In this document: piece after piece, positions 41,000 to 51,942 of the stretch
Layout: every line of letters starts with the position of its first letter
Numbering within the stretch: the stretch's first letter is position 1
Origin: Patescibacteria group bacterium
Lineage (GTDB): Bacteria; Patescibacteriota; Microgenomatia; UBA8517
Direction of reading: 5' to 3'
Length of the DNA: 64,000 bases
NCBI GenBank assembly: GCA_026416845.1
Contig: JAOAEL010000002.1
Span: 47,422-111,421 of the forward strand
Translations under genes and position numbers: made by a program
Notes under the pieces: model-generated
What the model saw: only the letters and a program-made list of their open reading frames with translations
Told to the model about the DNA's origin: nothing
Database searches by the model: none

Positions 41000-41404
41000 T
41001 AGACTAATAATGAGCTACCGTAGGAAATTCCAGAGAAGACTTTCTTGACTTATGTTAGGCACACAATATATATCCCTAAAGCCATTAAAACAAGTTTCTT
41101 TTGCTCTTCAGACAAAGAATAAAAATCTTCAGGTAACATTCCTGACACAACACCCGTAGCTCGCATGGCTCTAACAAGATTGCCCTCAAACCTTTGTCTC
41201 TTTGCCTGAAAAACTTATTCTTTTATCAAAAAACTGTTTTGTACACTCATAAAAATGACCTACTTTAATTTGCTTTTGCTTTCCTAAAATGCTGCATACA
41301 AACATTTTTATTAAAAAAGCATTAAGCATTGCATAATTTAAATTATATTATATAATTTTCTTATAATCTTAATTATTATTTAATTTTAGGATTATTATTT
41401 AGGC

Positions 41405-41968
41405 TTGATCCAAAATACAAAAACCATGGAAGAAAAATTTTCTCAATATTCTGATTTTATTCCTGAATTGTGGGCAGAAAAAAAGGGGATAAAAATTGCG
41501 CGATTAATTTTGGATTCTCAACTAATAGCAAGACAAGCGATCAGAAATATAAGAAGTATTGACTGCAAAAAAATGAGAAGTATCGATCAAAAAGAAGATG
41601 GAAATGAAATAAACATAGTTGACGTATATGCAAAAATTTATCTAGAAGCTCTTACTCTTCAGTTGTTGTCTGATGAATCAATATTTAATCATGTTGCCCT
41701 ATCTTTTTTCGAACAAACAATTAAAGAAATAAAAGAGAACCCCAATTCAGAGTTTGGAAACAAACCAGATCAAGAAATTGCTAGATCAATCATTAACAAT
41801 TTGCTAGAAGAAATTAAAAGTGGTAAAAATTCAGAACAATTGATGACAATCAGTGGTTACGCTACTTTAAATAATTTCACTTTTGGACATGATACACAAG
41901 AAAGTGTGATCAAAAACATTCTCCATATGCATTACATAGCGCAAACACAAAATTCAGATAGTAATTAA
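41405..41968 (+). CDS. Hypothetical protein
   Basis: 187 aa, helical, no motif. Confidence 0.4.
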   Translation: MIQNTKTMEEKFSQYSDFIPELWAEKKGIKIARLILDSQLIARQAIRNIRSIDCKKMRSIDQKEDGNEINIVDVYAKIYLEALTLQLLSDESIFNHVALSFFEQTIKEIKENPNSEFGNKPDQEIARSIINNLLEEIKSGKNSEQLMTISGYATLNNFTFGHDTQESVIKNILHMHYIAQTQNSDSN

Positions 41969-42261
41969 TAGGTATGCAAAACCTTAATCTTCGATCCTTA
42001 GAGTCTGCAAACAAAAGTAAGTAACATTAATAAAATTTTTGTTCATCAAAATTAAAATTTTGTGGTTTAAGTCAAAAAAATTGTGCTTAAGCTGGATTTT
42101 ATCTTGCAAATTAGGTTAAAAATTTTAATTGTTTAAAAAAAATTTAAGCAAAACGGTATTAATTAAAAAACGTAGCGTAAAAAAATTTAAATTTGCCATA
42201 AAAACCAACTTCATATAAAGTTAAATTGATAAAAAAACGTTTTTTCCAAAAAAGGTAAAAC

Positions 42262-45200
42262 ATGTCCAAAAAAACAAAAATCATAATATTTATTCACACT
42301 TTATTAATAACCCTAATCTTAGTTATTCTTTCAAATTTGATAATCAACAAGTTAACCAAAGCATCTCCTCCCGGCAATACACAATACAGACGCATGATTC
42401 ATATAGATAACACTAACAACAATAACGCTCTCACAGATTATCAAGTCATGGTAACTATAGACACAGCTTCTTTAATCTCGCAAAGCAAAATGAAATCAAA
42501 CTGCGATGATATTAGATTTCTGGATTCCAACAACAGTACCAATTTAAACTACTGGATAGAAACTGGCAATTCTAACTCCTGTAATTCAACAAACACAAGA
42601 ATTTGGGTAAAAATTCCAAACATAAATGCCAATTCAAGAAAAACAATCTACATGTATTATGGCGATAATTCTTTAGCGGCAGGATCATCTGGAGAAGATA
42701 CTTTCATATTCTTTGACGAGTTTAACAGTTTCAACGCAACAAAATGGTCATCAACAAATGGCACAAATGGCTACTCTATCTCAGGAGGAGCTATCACTAT
42801 AAATTCTGGAGCAGTTTATACAAATAGTACAGTTGGCAATCAACCAGGTCAGATGGTTGAAGCTCAAATGCGATGGCTAAACACTGGTTTGCAATCAGGT
42901 CTTATGATAGCTAACCAACAAAACACACAGTCAGGGAATAGTTCGGGTGCAGCTCTCTCTTATATCCTAAGGGGGGCTTCTCCAAATTTTGACATTTATT
43001 TATACGGATTAGCCGCAAGTGGAAATAGTGGCGGTTATGATATCGCAAATGTAGCAAATATACTCAATATCACCTTCAATCAAAATACTAAATACATTGT
43101 TGGCACTAGTCTGGATTCAAGCAACTTAAGGTTCTTTATAAACAGATCAAATCCTCAAACATCAACTTACAGCACATGGAGTTCAAGCCAAAACTATTAT
43201 CTTTGGCTTGGTTATTTCATGGGAGGAAATTCAGGAACAACTGACATCTCTGACATAGAAGTTGATTGGGTTTTGGTAAGAAAATATACCTCTTCCGCGC
43301 CAAGTGTGAGTGTCGGAGCGGAAACAATATCAAACCCCAAATATTCGCTTCGTTTCTACGGAAATGGAGTCAATGCTCCAGATCTGGACAGAGTGAAAAT
43401 TGCTCTTGACAATCCCGAAAGACCTGTGGATGTGGCGCAAAATTTCACCTTGGAATTCTGGATGAAAGCAAGCAACATCAATAACCAGAGTCCTACTTGC
43501 TCAGGCGGCGCAAACACAAATTGGATAAATGGAAACATAATCTTTGACAAGGATATTTACGGAAATGGAGATTATGGAGACTGGGGAATATCTCTTTATG
43601 GTGGAGTAATTTCGTTTGGGGTTTCTGTTGGATCAAATGACAGAACCATTTGCGGCGCAACCAATGTGGCAAACAACCAATGGCATCATATTGCAGTAAC
43701 AAGAAATTCCTCCACAGGAGAAATGCGAATATTCGTTAATGGCAACCAAGACGCTACAGGAACTGGACCAACAGGAAATATAAGTTACAGAAACAACAGA
43801 ACCACGAGTTACCCAAACAGCGATCCTTACTTGGTAATTGGCGCAGAGAAACATGACGCTGGTTCAAATTATCCTTCCTATAATGGATATGTGGACGAAG
43901 TTCGCATCTCAAATATTGTAAGATACACATCAAACTTTACTCCACTTACTCAACCTTTTACACCTGATAGTAACACACTTGCTCTGTACCATTTTGATGA
44001 AGGTCAAGGCACAACAGCTCATGACACTTCTGGCACGCAAACTGGGCCAAGTGATGGGATTTTAAATGTTGGAGGCAATCCCACCGGTCCAATTTGGTCT
44101 ACCGATCAACCTTTTGCCAATACAACACCAACATCGACAAATACTCCAACACCAGCGCCAACTCCAACCCCAACTCCTAGTCCCACCCTAACCGCTACTC
44201 CTACTCCAACTGCTACTCTTACACCAAGTCCTACTACTACTCCAACTCCTTACCCTAACAATTACTATCATGTCCTTCTATCAGGGCAGAGTTTAGCAAC
44301 AGGTTATGATGGTGCTCCACCTCTTAGTACTAGTCAACCCTACAACAACGTAAAATTAAACCAATCCCAAAACGCCTTTGTGCCACTTATAGAAAACGAA
44401 GATGTAAATGACAACTTGCCAAATACGCCAGTAGAAACACCGGCAAGTGCGCTCGGTAACACAATTACCGCCTTAACTGGAGGAACAAGAAGAATGGTTG
44501 TAACAAGAAACGCAATACCGGGAGCTACTTACGCGCAATTAAAGAAAAATGGCACTACAAGCGCTTATGCTGATGGACTTACTCAAATCACAAACGCAAA
44601 ATCTATCGCAAATGGTTTAGGTTACGGATTAATTGTCCCAGCTGTTGCTTTGATACATGGACCAGCAAATTTTGCGGACGGACTTGCCTACCAATCCATG
44701 CTTAATGAATGGCAGTCTGATTACAACACCGACATAAAACAAATCACAGGACAAACCGGCAATATACCAATGTTTATAGACCAAAGTAGCAATTTCACAG
44801 CTTACAATTACTCAAGCTCAGATCTAGTCCAAGCCCAATATCTAGCCGCAAAACAAAACCCAAACATATATATGATTGGACCTAGATACCATTTTACCTA
44901 CGCAAGCGATAATATTCATATTCCAAATACTGGTTACAGATGGCTTGGAGAATATTATGGCAAAGCAATTAGCAGAGTTCTAAACGGACAAACAATCACA
45001 GCATTAACACCTGCAGAAGTAGTTAGAAGAAATAATGTAATCACAACGCGGTTTAATGTCCCCCATCCCCCACTTGTATTTGACACTATAAATGTTCTGC
45101 CACGAGCTAACTATGGATTTGAATACACAGACAATGGCACTCCACCTTCTATTAGTTCCATTCAATTACTTGGGAACGATTCAGTAAGAATCACACTCTC

Positions 45201-46812
45201 AAGCACACCCACTGGTTCAAATCAAAGACTACGATACGCTTTTACCGGCACAGCAGGAGCAAGGCCTGGAGCTGATTCCACAGGATCAGCAAGAGGAAAT
45301 CTAAGAGATAGCGACAACACTATATCGCTTTATGGTAATAATCTTTACAACTGGTCGGTGCACTTTGAAGAATCAATCACACTTGATGAAACAGCTCCAA
45401 ATTTTGTCACAAATCCGGTATTCTCCCCCAATACTTCCGGATTCACCGCCACATGGACAACAAACGAACCATCATCAAGCCAGATACTTTATGGTTTAAC
45501 AAATACCAATCAAAGCAATACTGAAACAAATATCTCTCCACGAGTAACAAATCATACTTCATCAGTATCATCTCTTCTCCCATGCGCCACATACACATTA
45601 AGAGCAAGGTCGGAAGATTTGGCAGGAAACTCGGCATTAGGACAAGAAACACAATCAACAACCACAGGCTGTTTGGGAAATTCTCTAGTAGAAAACTACA
45701 CCACAGCAATCGCTCCAACTAATTTCAATACTAATCTTGAACTAAAACAAAACAATTTGGGTATTCAAATATCAATCCCTGCTAACTACAATTTGACACA
45801 AGCTCAATTCCAAATCCATAAACTAAATAAGAACTCGGTTATAAACGCAACCGGATCACCAACGGAAAAAAGTCCACTTAACTACTTTTACGATCTAAAA
45901 GCATTAACAAGTGAAAGCACAGAAATAACAAATTTCAGCTCTAACATAAATGTTACAATAACATATCAAGACGGCGATCTTGGCAATATAGAAAGTGAAA
46001 GTTCTCTTTCTATTTACAGGTGGACAGGTAGCGCTTGGAGCAATTTACAAAATTGCAATGTTAATCAACAAACAAACACAGTCACTTGCAGTACCAACCA
46101 GTTTTCTGTGTTTGGACTTTTTGGCAAAACAAAAAACGAATCTTCACAACAATCAAACTCAAGTCAAACAGTATCATCATCAAACTCCGCCACAATTTGC
46201 ACAAGTGAAAGACCATCAGGCAACCCAGTTTGGCTTTTTGGCGCCTTGCAATCAGGCAGAAATTCACTGCTTTTGCACTTTGTTCCCAACAGCAAACCTT
46301 TCAATAAAATGGCCTTGGTGTACGGCACAGAACCAAACAAGTACACATTTGGAACCCATTTCAATGCAAATGAATCAACTTATACATTTAATGTAGGTAA
46401 TCTAAACCCACGATTAAATTACTATTTCAGATTGCTACCTATAAATAACTGCATGCCCGGAGAGTGGTCCAATGAATTGAGAGCAAGATTAACTCAAAAC
46501 TTTGCGACAACCAAACCAGATCAAGTTCCTGAATCTTCTTCCAAAAACGATTCTTTCCCACAATACTCACAAGATACTGACAAATCAAAGTCCAATCCTC
46601 CTTCTAATAGGTTCACAGACACAGAAGATGATGAAAGCATAACAACAGTTACACCAACCACAAAAACTCACAGTTTAAATGAAAATAATCAACTCTCCCA
46701 AGAAAAGAAAGACTTTCAAAACAGAAATTACATAATAGCAATAGGAGTAGTATTGTTAGCTTTCATTATAGGTCTGACCTGGGCAATTAAAACATTCTTA
46801 TCAAAAAAATAA
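42262..46812 (+). CDS. Giant multidomain cell-surface protein (DUF2341 / LamG lectin-like / PT linker / SASA-SGNH esterase-like / FN3-like repeats / C-terminal TM anchor)
   Basis: N-terminal signal anchor. DUF2341-like block ([20 protein letters not shown]...RIWVKIPNI...IYMYYGDNS). LamG/ConA-like block ([22 protein letters not shown]). The (PT)n linker [14 protein letters not shown]. Sialate-O-acetylesterase-like [10 protein letters not shown]. Two FN3-like modules. S/T/P-rich stalk and a C-terminal hydrophobic anchor [19 protein letters not shown]. Confidence 0.8.
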   Translation: MSKKTKIIIFIHTLLITLILVILSNLIINKLTKASPPGNTQYRRMIHIDNTNNNNALTDYQVMVTIDTASLISQSKMKSNCDDIRFLDSNNSTNLNYWIETGNSNSCNSTNTRIWVKIPNINANSRKTIYMYYGDNSLAAGSSGEDTFIFFDEFNSFNATKWSSTNGTNGYSISGGAITINSGAVYTNSTVGNQPGQMVEAQMRWLNTGLQSGLMIANQQNTQSGNSSGAALSYILRGASPNFDIYLYGLAASGNSGGYDIANVANILNITFNQNTKYIVGTSLDSSNLRFFINRSNPQTSTYSTWSSSQNYYLWLGYFMGGNSGTTDISDIEVDWVLVRKYTSSAPSVSVGAETISNPKYSLRFYGNGVNAPDLDRVKIALDNPERPVDVAQNFTLEFWMKASNINNQSPTCSGGANTNWINGNIIFDKDIYGNGDYGDWGISLYGGVISFGVSVGSNDRTICGATNVANNQWHHIAVTRNSSTGEMRIFVNGNQDATGTGPTGNISYRNNRTTSYPNSDPYLVIGAEKHDAGSNYPSYNGYVDEVRISNIVRYTSNFTPLTQPFTPDSNTLALYHFDEGQGTTAHDTSGTQTGPSDGILNVGGNPTGPIWSTDQPFANTTPTSTNTPTPAPTPTPTPSPTLTATPTPTATLTPSPTTTPTPYPNNYYHVLLSGQSLATGYDGAPPLSTSQPYNNVKLNQSQNAFVPLIENEDVNDNLPNTPVETPASALGNTITALTGGTRRMVVTRNAIPGATYAQLKKNGTTSAYADGLTQITNAKSIANGLGYGLIVPAVALIHGPANFADGLAYQSMLNEWQSDYNTDIKQITGQTGNIPMFIDQSSNFTAYNYSSSDLVQAQYLAAKQNPNIYMIGPRYHFTYASDNIHIPNTGYRWLGEYYGKAISRVLNGQTITALTPAEVVRRNNVITTRFNVPHPPLVFDTINVLPRANYGFEYTDNGTPPSISSIQLLGNDSVRITLSSTPTGSNQRLRYAFTGTAGARPGADSTGSARGNLRDSDNTISLYGNNLYNWSVHFEESITLDETAPNFVTNPVFSPNTSGFTATWTTNEPSSSQILYGLTNTNQSNTETNISPRVTNHTSSVSSLLPCATYTLRARSEDLAGNSALGQETQSTTTGCLGNSLVENYTTAIAPTNFNTNLELKQNNLGIQISIPANYNLTQAQFQIHKLNKNSVINATGSPTEKSPLNYFYDLKALTSESTEITNFSSNINVTITYQDGDLGNIESESSLSIYRWTGSAWSNLQNCNVNQQTNTVTCSTNQFSVFGLFGKTKNESSQQSNSSQTVSSSNSATICTSERPSGNPVWLFGALQSGRNSLLLHFVPNSKPFNKMALVYGTEPNKYTFGTHFNANESTYTFNVGNLNPRLNYYFRLLPINNCMPGEWSNELRARLTQNFATTKPDQVPESSSKNDSFPQYSQDTDKSKSNPPSNRFTDTEDDESITTVTPTTKTHSLNENNQLSQEKKDFQNRNYIIAIGVVLLAFIIGLTWAIKTFLSKK

Positions 46813-46978
46813 ATATTGTACCAACAAAAAAATTTGTAAAGTTTGTGCAATTACCTAAAATTAGATTCTGATCATTACAATGTAAATGCTTACAATAAGA
46901 TTTCTAACAAGCTTATCAAAAAATTTATCTTCAAGTCTCAATAGAAATTATGTTTAATTTCTATTTAAACTTTAATTT

Positions 46979-48466
46979 CTATTTAAACTCAGACACAATT
47001 TCTTGATGCAATATTTGGGCAGAAATCAAGACCATAGGCATTCCTATGCCCGGATGAGTATATTGACCAACATAAAACAAGTTTGACAATTTTCTACTCC
47101 TAAAAGACGGCCTGAAGAAAGCAGACTGAAAAAGCGTGTGAGAAATTCCCAAAGAAGTGCCTTTGTATGCATTAAAAACATTCGCAAAATCGCTTTGAGC
47201 AAATATTCTCTTCACCAAAATATGTTTTTTTACATCTTCTCCTGTTGTTCTTTCCAGATCCTCAATTATTTTGTCAAAAAACTCTTTACGCTTTTCCGCT
47301 GTGTCTTTTATCCCAACCGCAATAGGAACAAGAATAAACATATTCTCTCCTTTTGACGGAGCAACAGTTGAATCAGTTTTGGAAGGAACACAAACATAAT
47401 AAGATGGCCTGTCAGGCCAAGATGGATTCTCAAATATTTGGTCAAAATGCGACATCCAATCATTTACCAAAAATAAATTGTGATGAGCAAGTCTACTAAG
47501 CTTTTTATTAAGACCCAAGTAAATAATGTAAGCAGAAGGAGCAATAGTACGCTTATTCCAATAACTTTTAGGATAAGATTGATACTCTCTTGGAAGCAAA
47601 ACAGTCTCTGTATAAGCATAATCAGCATTTGAGACAACTAAATCGCAAGGCACACTTGCATTTTTTGTTTTTACAGAAACAATTTTGTCATCCTTGAAAG
47701 TAAATCCTAAAGCCGGCGTGCTTTTGCAAATTTTCACCTTGTGCGTCTTGGCAAGCTCAACAAGCGCTTCAACTATTTTTCCTATTCCACCCATCGGATA
47801 CCAAACACCCAAGTTAAAATCAATATGCGCCATTATGGCATATAAAGCTGGTGTGTTTTTTGGAGTGCCACCCAAAAACACAATGTTGTAAAGAAGAATT
47901 TTTTTTGCAGTTTCATTTGAAAAATGTTGATCAACATAATTTTGAATACTGTCAAATATCTTCATTTTATAAGCCTCAAAGGCAAGTTTCGGGTTGAGAA
48001 ACTTAAGGTAAGATGAAATTCTGCCGTAATTGATATAAACAAAGCGCTTCATGGCAACATCGTACTGATACTTGCTTTTATCTAAATACTCAATTAATTT
48101 TTTGCCACCTTCCCTTTCCAACTTGTCAAAAAGTTTGACATTTTTCTTAAGCGATGCAGAAATATCAAAAACTTTCTTGTTTTCAAAAAAAATTCTATAA
48201 GAAGGATCTAGTCTTTTTAAAGTATAAAAATCGCTTGGTTTTTTGCCAAACTCGGCAAAAAACTTTTCAAAAACATCAGGCATCAAATACCACGATGGCC
48301 CCATATCAAACTTGAAACCATCTTTCTCCCAAACCATAGCGCGACCGCCAAAATTTAGATTCTTCTCAATTAAAGTAACATCAAAACCATCTCTGGCTAA
48401 AAGCGAAGCGCTTGCCAAGCCACCAATGCCTCCTCCTATAACTACCACTTTTTTGCTCATAAGCAT
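46979..48466 (-). CDS. FAD-dependent oxidoreductase of the phytoene desaturase (CrtI/CrtD) family
   Basis: N-terminal dinucleotide fold VVVIGGGIGGLASASLLARDGFDVTLIEKNLNFGGRA and a 495-aa length typical of CrtI-like amine-oxidase-fold enzymes. Confidence 0.65.
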   Translation of the reverse strand: MLMSKKVVVIGGGIGGLASASLLARDGFDVTLIEKNLNFGGRAMVWEKDGFKFDMGPSWYLMPDVFEKFFAEFGKKPSDFYTLKRLDPSYRIFFENKKVFDISASLKKNVKLFDKLEREGGKKLIEYLDKSKYQYDVAMKRFVYINYGRISSYLKFLNPKLAFEAYKMKIFDSIQNYVDQHFSNETAKKILLYNIVFLGGTPKNTPALYAIMAHIDFNLGVWYPMGGIGKIVEALVELAKTHKVKICKSTPALGFTFKDDKIVSVKTKNASVPCDLVVSNADYAYTETVLLPREYQSYPKSYWNKRTIAPSAYIIYLGLNKKLSRLAHHNLFLVNDWMSHFDQIFENPSWPDRPSYYVCVPSKTDSTVAPSKGENMFILVPIAVGIKDTAEKRKEFFDKIIEDLERTTGEDVKKHILVKRIFAQSDFANVFNAYKGTSLGISHTLFQSAFFRPSFRSRKLSNLFYVGQYTHPGIGMPMVLISAQILHQEIVSEFK

Positions 48467-48515
48467 TATTATATGCTTTTGTTCAGAATTAAGAAAATAT
48501 CTTTAGCATAAAAAC

Positions 48516-49643
48516 ATGGCAATTCCTTTTCTAGTATCCGCCTCATTGTATAATTATAAATACATCACCAAACCAATACTCTTTAGATTTGATGCAGAAA
48601 TCGTACATCAAATTGCGACTCGTACGGGCGAACTTTTTGGTAAAAGCTCTTTTGTAAAAGACGCAATATCGAAAATCTTCGCATTTGAATCAGACTACTT
48701 AAAGCAAAACATATGTGGAATAGATTTCAAAAATCCTTTAGGTTTAGCCGCCGGATTTGATTACGAAGCAAGATTAACCCAAATACTTGCAAGTTTTGGA
48801 TTTGGGTTTCAAAGTGTTGGGACAATTACAAATATGGCCTATGAAGGCAATCCTAAACCAAGATTGGGAAGACTGCCAGAATCAAATTCTTTGATGGTTT
48901 ATAAAGGGTTCAAAAACGATGGCGCTGATTATGTTGCGCGCAAACTCCAAGGCTTGCAATTTCCGATACCTCTTGGGATTAGCATTGGCAAAACAAACAG
49001 CAAACAAATATCAACTCAGAATGAAGCTGTAAAAGACATTACCCAAGCTTTTGAAAAATTTGAAAACGCAAAAATTGCCAACAAATATTATGAACTTAAT
49101 ATAAGTTGCCCTAATTTGTTTGGGAATGTAGATTTTTATTCGCCAAAGAAGTTGAGAAATTTGCTATCCGCCATTGAATCTCTAAAGATCAAAAAACCAA
49201 TATTTGTCAAAATGCCAATAGACAAATCAAATTACGAAACGCTTTTATTGCTTGAAGCGATATCTTCTAGCTCTATACAAGGAGTTATATTTGGAAATCT
49301 TTTGAGAGACAGAAATCACAAAGGGCTCATAAAAAACGAGGTTGAAAAATTCCCAAAGGGAAACTTTAGCGGCAAACCTTGCTTTCATAGATCAAATCAA
49401 CTCATACAACTCGCAAGAAAAAATTACAAAAAAAGATTTGTGATTGTCGGTTGTGGCGGAATCTTTTCTCCTGAAGACGCATTTATAAAAATAGCTTTGG
49501 GCGCAAATCTGACACAACTTATTACAGGAATGATTTATAAAGGACCGGGTTTGATATCTCAAATAAATATGGAGCTAGAAAAAATAATAAAAAATCACGG
49601 TTTAAAAAACATATCTGAAGCTGTTGGTATTTTTACTGATTAA
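48516..49643 (+). CDS. pyrD: Dihydroorotate dehydrogenase (class 2-like)
   Basis: GLAAGFD...GFGFQSVGTIT...GNPKPRLGRLPE...GFKNDG motifs of the DHOD family. 375 aa. Confidence 0.8.
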   Translation: MAIPFLVSASLYNYKYITKPILFRFDAEIVHQIATRTGELFGKSSFVKDAISKIFAFESDYLKQNICGIDFKNPLGLAAGFDYEARLTQILASFGFGFQSVGTITNMAYEGNPKPRLGRLPESNSLMVYKGFKNDGADYVARKLQGLQFPIPLGISIGKTNSKQISTQNEAVKDITQAFEKFENAKIANKYYELNISCPNLFGNVDFYSPKKLRNLLSAIESLKIKKPIFVKMPIDKSNYETLLLLEAISSSSIQGVIFGNLLRDRNHKGLIKNEVEKFPKGNFSGKPCFHRSNQLIQLARKNYKKRFVIVGCGGIFSPEDAFIKIALGANLTQLITGMIYKGPGLISQINMELEKIIKNHGLKNISEAVGIFTD

Positions 49644-49665
49644 TTTTCTTTGAATTTGAAAATTT

Positions 49666-50304
49666 TTATCCACCTCCCAAGTGATTTATATCATTGAAGT
49701 ACTTAAGTCTCCATTTGTTTGTCTCTTTTTCATATTCCAGAAGCGAGATTCCAGTATTGGTATATACAAACTGCGTCAAAAGTTTCATCAGCATCTTCTC
49801 ATCAAACTTATTATCCAAAATCGCAACCATAATAAAACAAAACAAAAATACTCCATGTGTAACAACCAAAATATTTTCGCTTCTGTAGTTTTTTAATATA
49901 TGCTTTTTAAATCGCATCGCTCTTTTGTAGACTTGAGCAACTGACTCGCCCTTGCCTTTAAATTTCCAATTAAAATCTGTGTAATTGGCATGAAGTTTTT
50001 CTACATATGATCTATTTATATCACTATCCAGACTTGCATAATACAAATTCGGATGAAGTTTTCTTTCGTGTATATAATTAACTACTTCTACTGGAAGTCT
50101 GATAACATCCGAAATTATTTTTGCAGTTTGCAAGGCTCTTTCCCAAGGACTTGACAATATCAACGATAATTCAAATTTTGCCAAAACTTCAGCAACTTTT
50201 CTTGATTGCAATACTCCTTCTTCGCTTAGTGGAGTTTTGGGACCTTGCCTATTGCCAGTAACACGTGCTTGGCTTTGTCCATGCCTAATCAAATATACTC
50301 TCAT
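49666..50304 (-). CDS. Histidine phosphatase family protein (phosphoglycerate-mutase-like)
   Basis: RHGQS catalytic motif in MRVYLIRHGQSQ. 212 aa. Confidence 0.75.
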   Translation of the reverse strand: MRVYLIRHGQSQARVTGNRQGPKTPLSEEGVLQSRKVAEVLAKFELSLILSSPWERALQTAKIISDVIRLPVEVVNYIHERKLHPNLYYASLDSDINRSYVEKLHANYTDFNWKFKGKGESVAQVYKRAMRFKKHILKNYRSENILVVTHGVFLFCFIMVAILDNKFDEKMLMKLLTQFVYTNTGISLLEYEKETNKWRLKYFNDINHLGGG

Positions 50305-50340
50305 TTAGATATTTTACATTTTCAGATCAAAGATAAATAA

Positions 50341-51942
50341 CTAATTTTTCAGACTTTGCAAGATCTCCTCTATCTCTGAAACACTTAAAGCTCTCCAAGG
50401 CGAACTGTCAGGATCAAATTTGGATGCTTCTGGACTATCCCCTTGTGTCCACCATTTAGCCTGATAAGCCTCGCCTTCATACATAACTCTATCCAATTTA
50501 TTATAAATTTTTTTACCATCCCACTCAGGATAGTAGTTTTCAGGCAGTTTAGGCAATGAAACTGGCTTTTCTCCTGGCAATACAGGACCTAACAATTCCC
50601 AAGGCGTTTGCCACGAATGCAAGACTGGATTATCAGGTAAATCGCCTTTTGTCCACCACTTTGCTTTATAAACATTTTTTCGCCAAACAACTTTTGAACC
50701 CTCCAGATAAACAGCCTTCTCGTTCCAGATAGGATAAGGGCTTTCATTAGGATTGTCTATTATATCTTCGACCGTCTCGCTTAAAGTGACTTGGGCTAAA
50801 TTGCTTTCAAGTTTGTTTGCAAAACCATCGCTTAATATTTTGGAAAATTCATGTTTTTCCTGCTTAATGCCGCTACATGAGTCAGAAACAATACGCAAAT
50901 TTACATAATTATCGCCACAAGCAGAATCTCTATTGGCAGACCAAATAGAAACTCTTGAAACACCTTTTTCCTTGGCAAAATGGTTTATTGATTTTGCGTC
51001 ATCAAGTGTGAATATCTCTTTTGGGATATCATTTTGACCAATCATTACTGTCAAACCAATTTTTTTCCATAAAGTATTACTCCCTAAAGTAATTCCAAAC
51101 TTGTTATAAATAACTCCTAATTGTCTATGAGCTTCGATAACAGATCTTTTTGCCGCAGAAAACATTGATTCATGCTCCGACTTCGAATTGCCAAAATTCA
51201 TAGTCATGATATTTACCCCAGTCACATCAACATTGTTTTTTAGCATTATCTCTAAAGCAAAAGCGCCTTCTTCTGTTAAACCAAAAGTAGCTACCGGCAA
51301 TGTAAGCCAAACAGCAAGCATTTTATTATCTTCTTGTCTTTGCAACTTGCTTACCACTCTTGCCCGTCTTTCCAAAGATTCTTGATCCAAAAGCGCGTTT
51401 CCTTCTAAATCAAAATCCAATGTATTAACTTGATATCTAGAAATCACTTTTTTGTAAGCTGATAAAAGTTTTTCTTCATCTTTGCAAACAAGAGCCAGTT
51501 CTTCATTAAGCAGTCCGCCAAATGACACAGATATCTCTCCGCCTAATTGCCTAAATCTTGCAATTCTTCTGTCCAAGTCCAACTCATTATTGGCATCATC
51601 TAAAGTGTAATAAGTTCCCCAAGTTGGCTCGCAAGGATCATTTTTGGAAGCAACAATAAAGGATAAGATAACATTTTTGTGATTACTTGCCGCATCCACT
51701 TTTTCAAAACCATACAAAGGCTTGGCGGTTACATCAACATATGCTCCATACCATGGCTTCAAATCATAATATTTGTTAATGCCTTCATTTGCCTTTATAT
51801 ACATATAAACCGCATAACAAGATAAAATTACTAATGCAAAAAGGATAAACAACCTTCGAATTGATAGCTTTTTTTTAGTATTATTATTGCTCATAATTTC
51901 TTTAATTAAATTGGCGTGCCATGAAATAAAATCTTTCTCCAA
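50341..51942 (-). CDS. GH18 chitinase-like protein with two C-terminal CBM5/12 chitin-binding domains
   Basis: N-terminal TM. GH18-like DxDxE catalytic motif (NTLDFDLEG). Two C-terminal repeats of the CBM5/12 pattern (YKAKWWTKGDLPDNP and YQAKWWTQGDSPEAS). Confidence 0.65.
   Translation of the reverse strand: MEKDFISWHANLIKEIMSNNNTKKKLSIRRLFILFALVILSCYAVYMYIKANEGINKYYDLKPWYGAYVDVTAKPLYGFEKVDAASNHKNVILSFIVASKNDPCEPTWGTYYTLDDANNELDLDRRIARFRQLGGEISVSFGGLLNEELALVCKDEEKLLSAYKKVISRYQVNTLDFDLEGNALLDQESLERRARVVSKLQRQEDNKMLAVWLTLPVATFGLTEEGAFALEIMLKNNVDVTGVNIMTMNFGNSKSEHESMFSAAKRSVIEAHRQLGVIYNKFGITLGSNTLWKKIGLTVMIGQNDIPKEIFTLDDAKSINHFAKEKGVSRVSIWSANRDSACGDNYVNLRIVSDSCSGIKQEKHEFSKILSDGFANKLESNLAQVTLSETVEDIIDNPNESPYPIWNEKAVYLEGSKVVWRKNVYKAKWWTKGDLPDNPVLHSWQTPWELLGPVLPGEKPVSLPKLPENYYPEWDGKKIYNKLDRVMYEGEAYQAKWWTQGDSPEASKFDPDSSPWRALSVSEIEEILQSLKN

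Noticed and set aside
44101-44270. Highly repetitive CCAACnCCnAC DNA that could be mistaken for a repeat array or CRISPR
   Set aside because: It is the in-frame (Pro-Thr)n linker of the giant surface protein. There are no spacer/repeat alternation and no cas genes.
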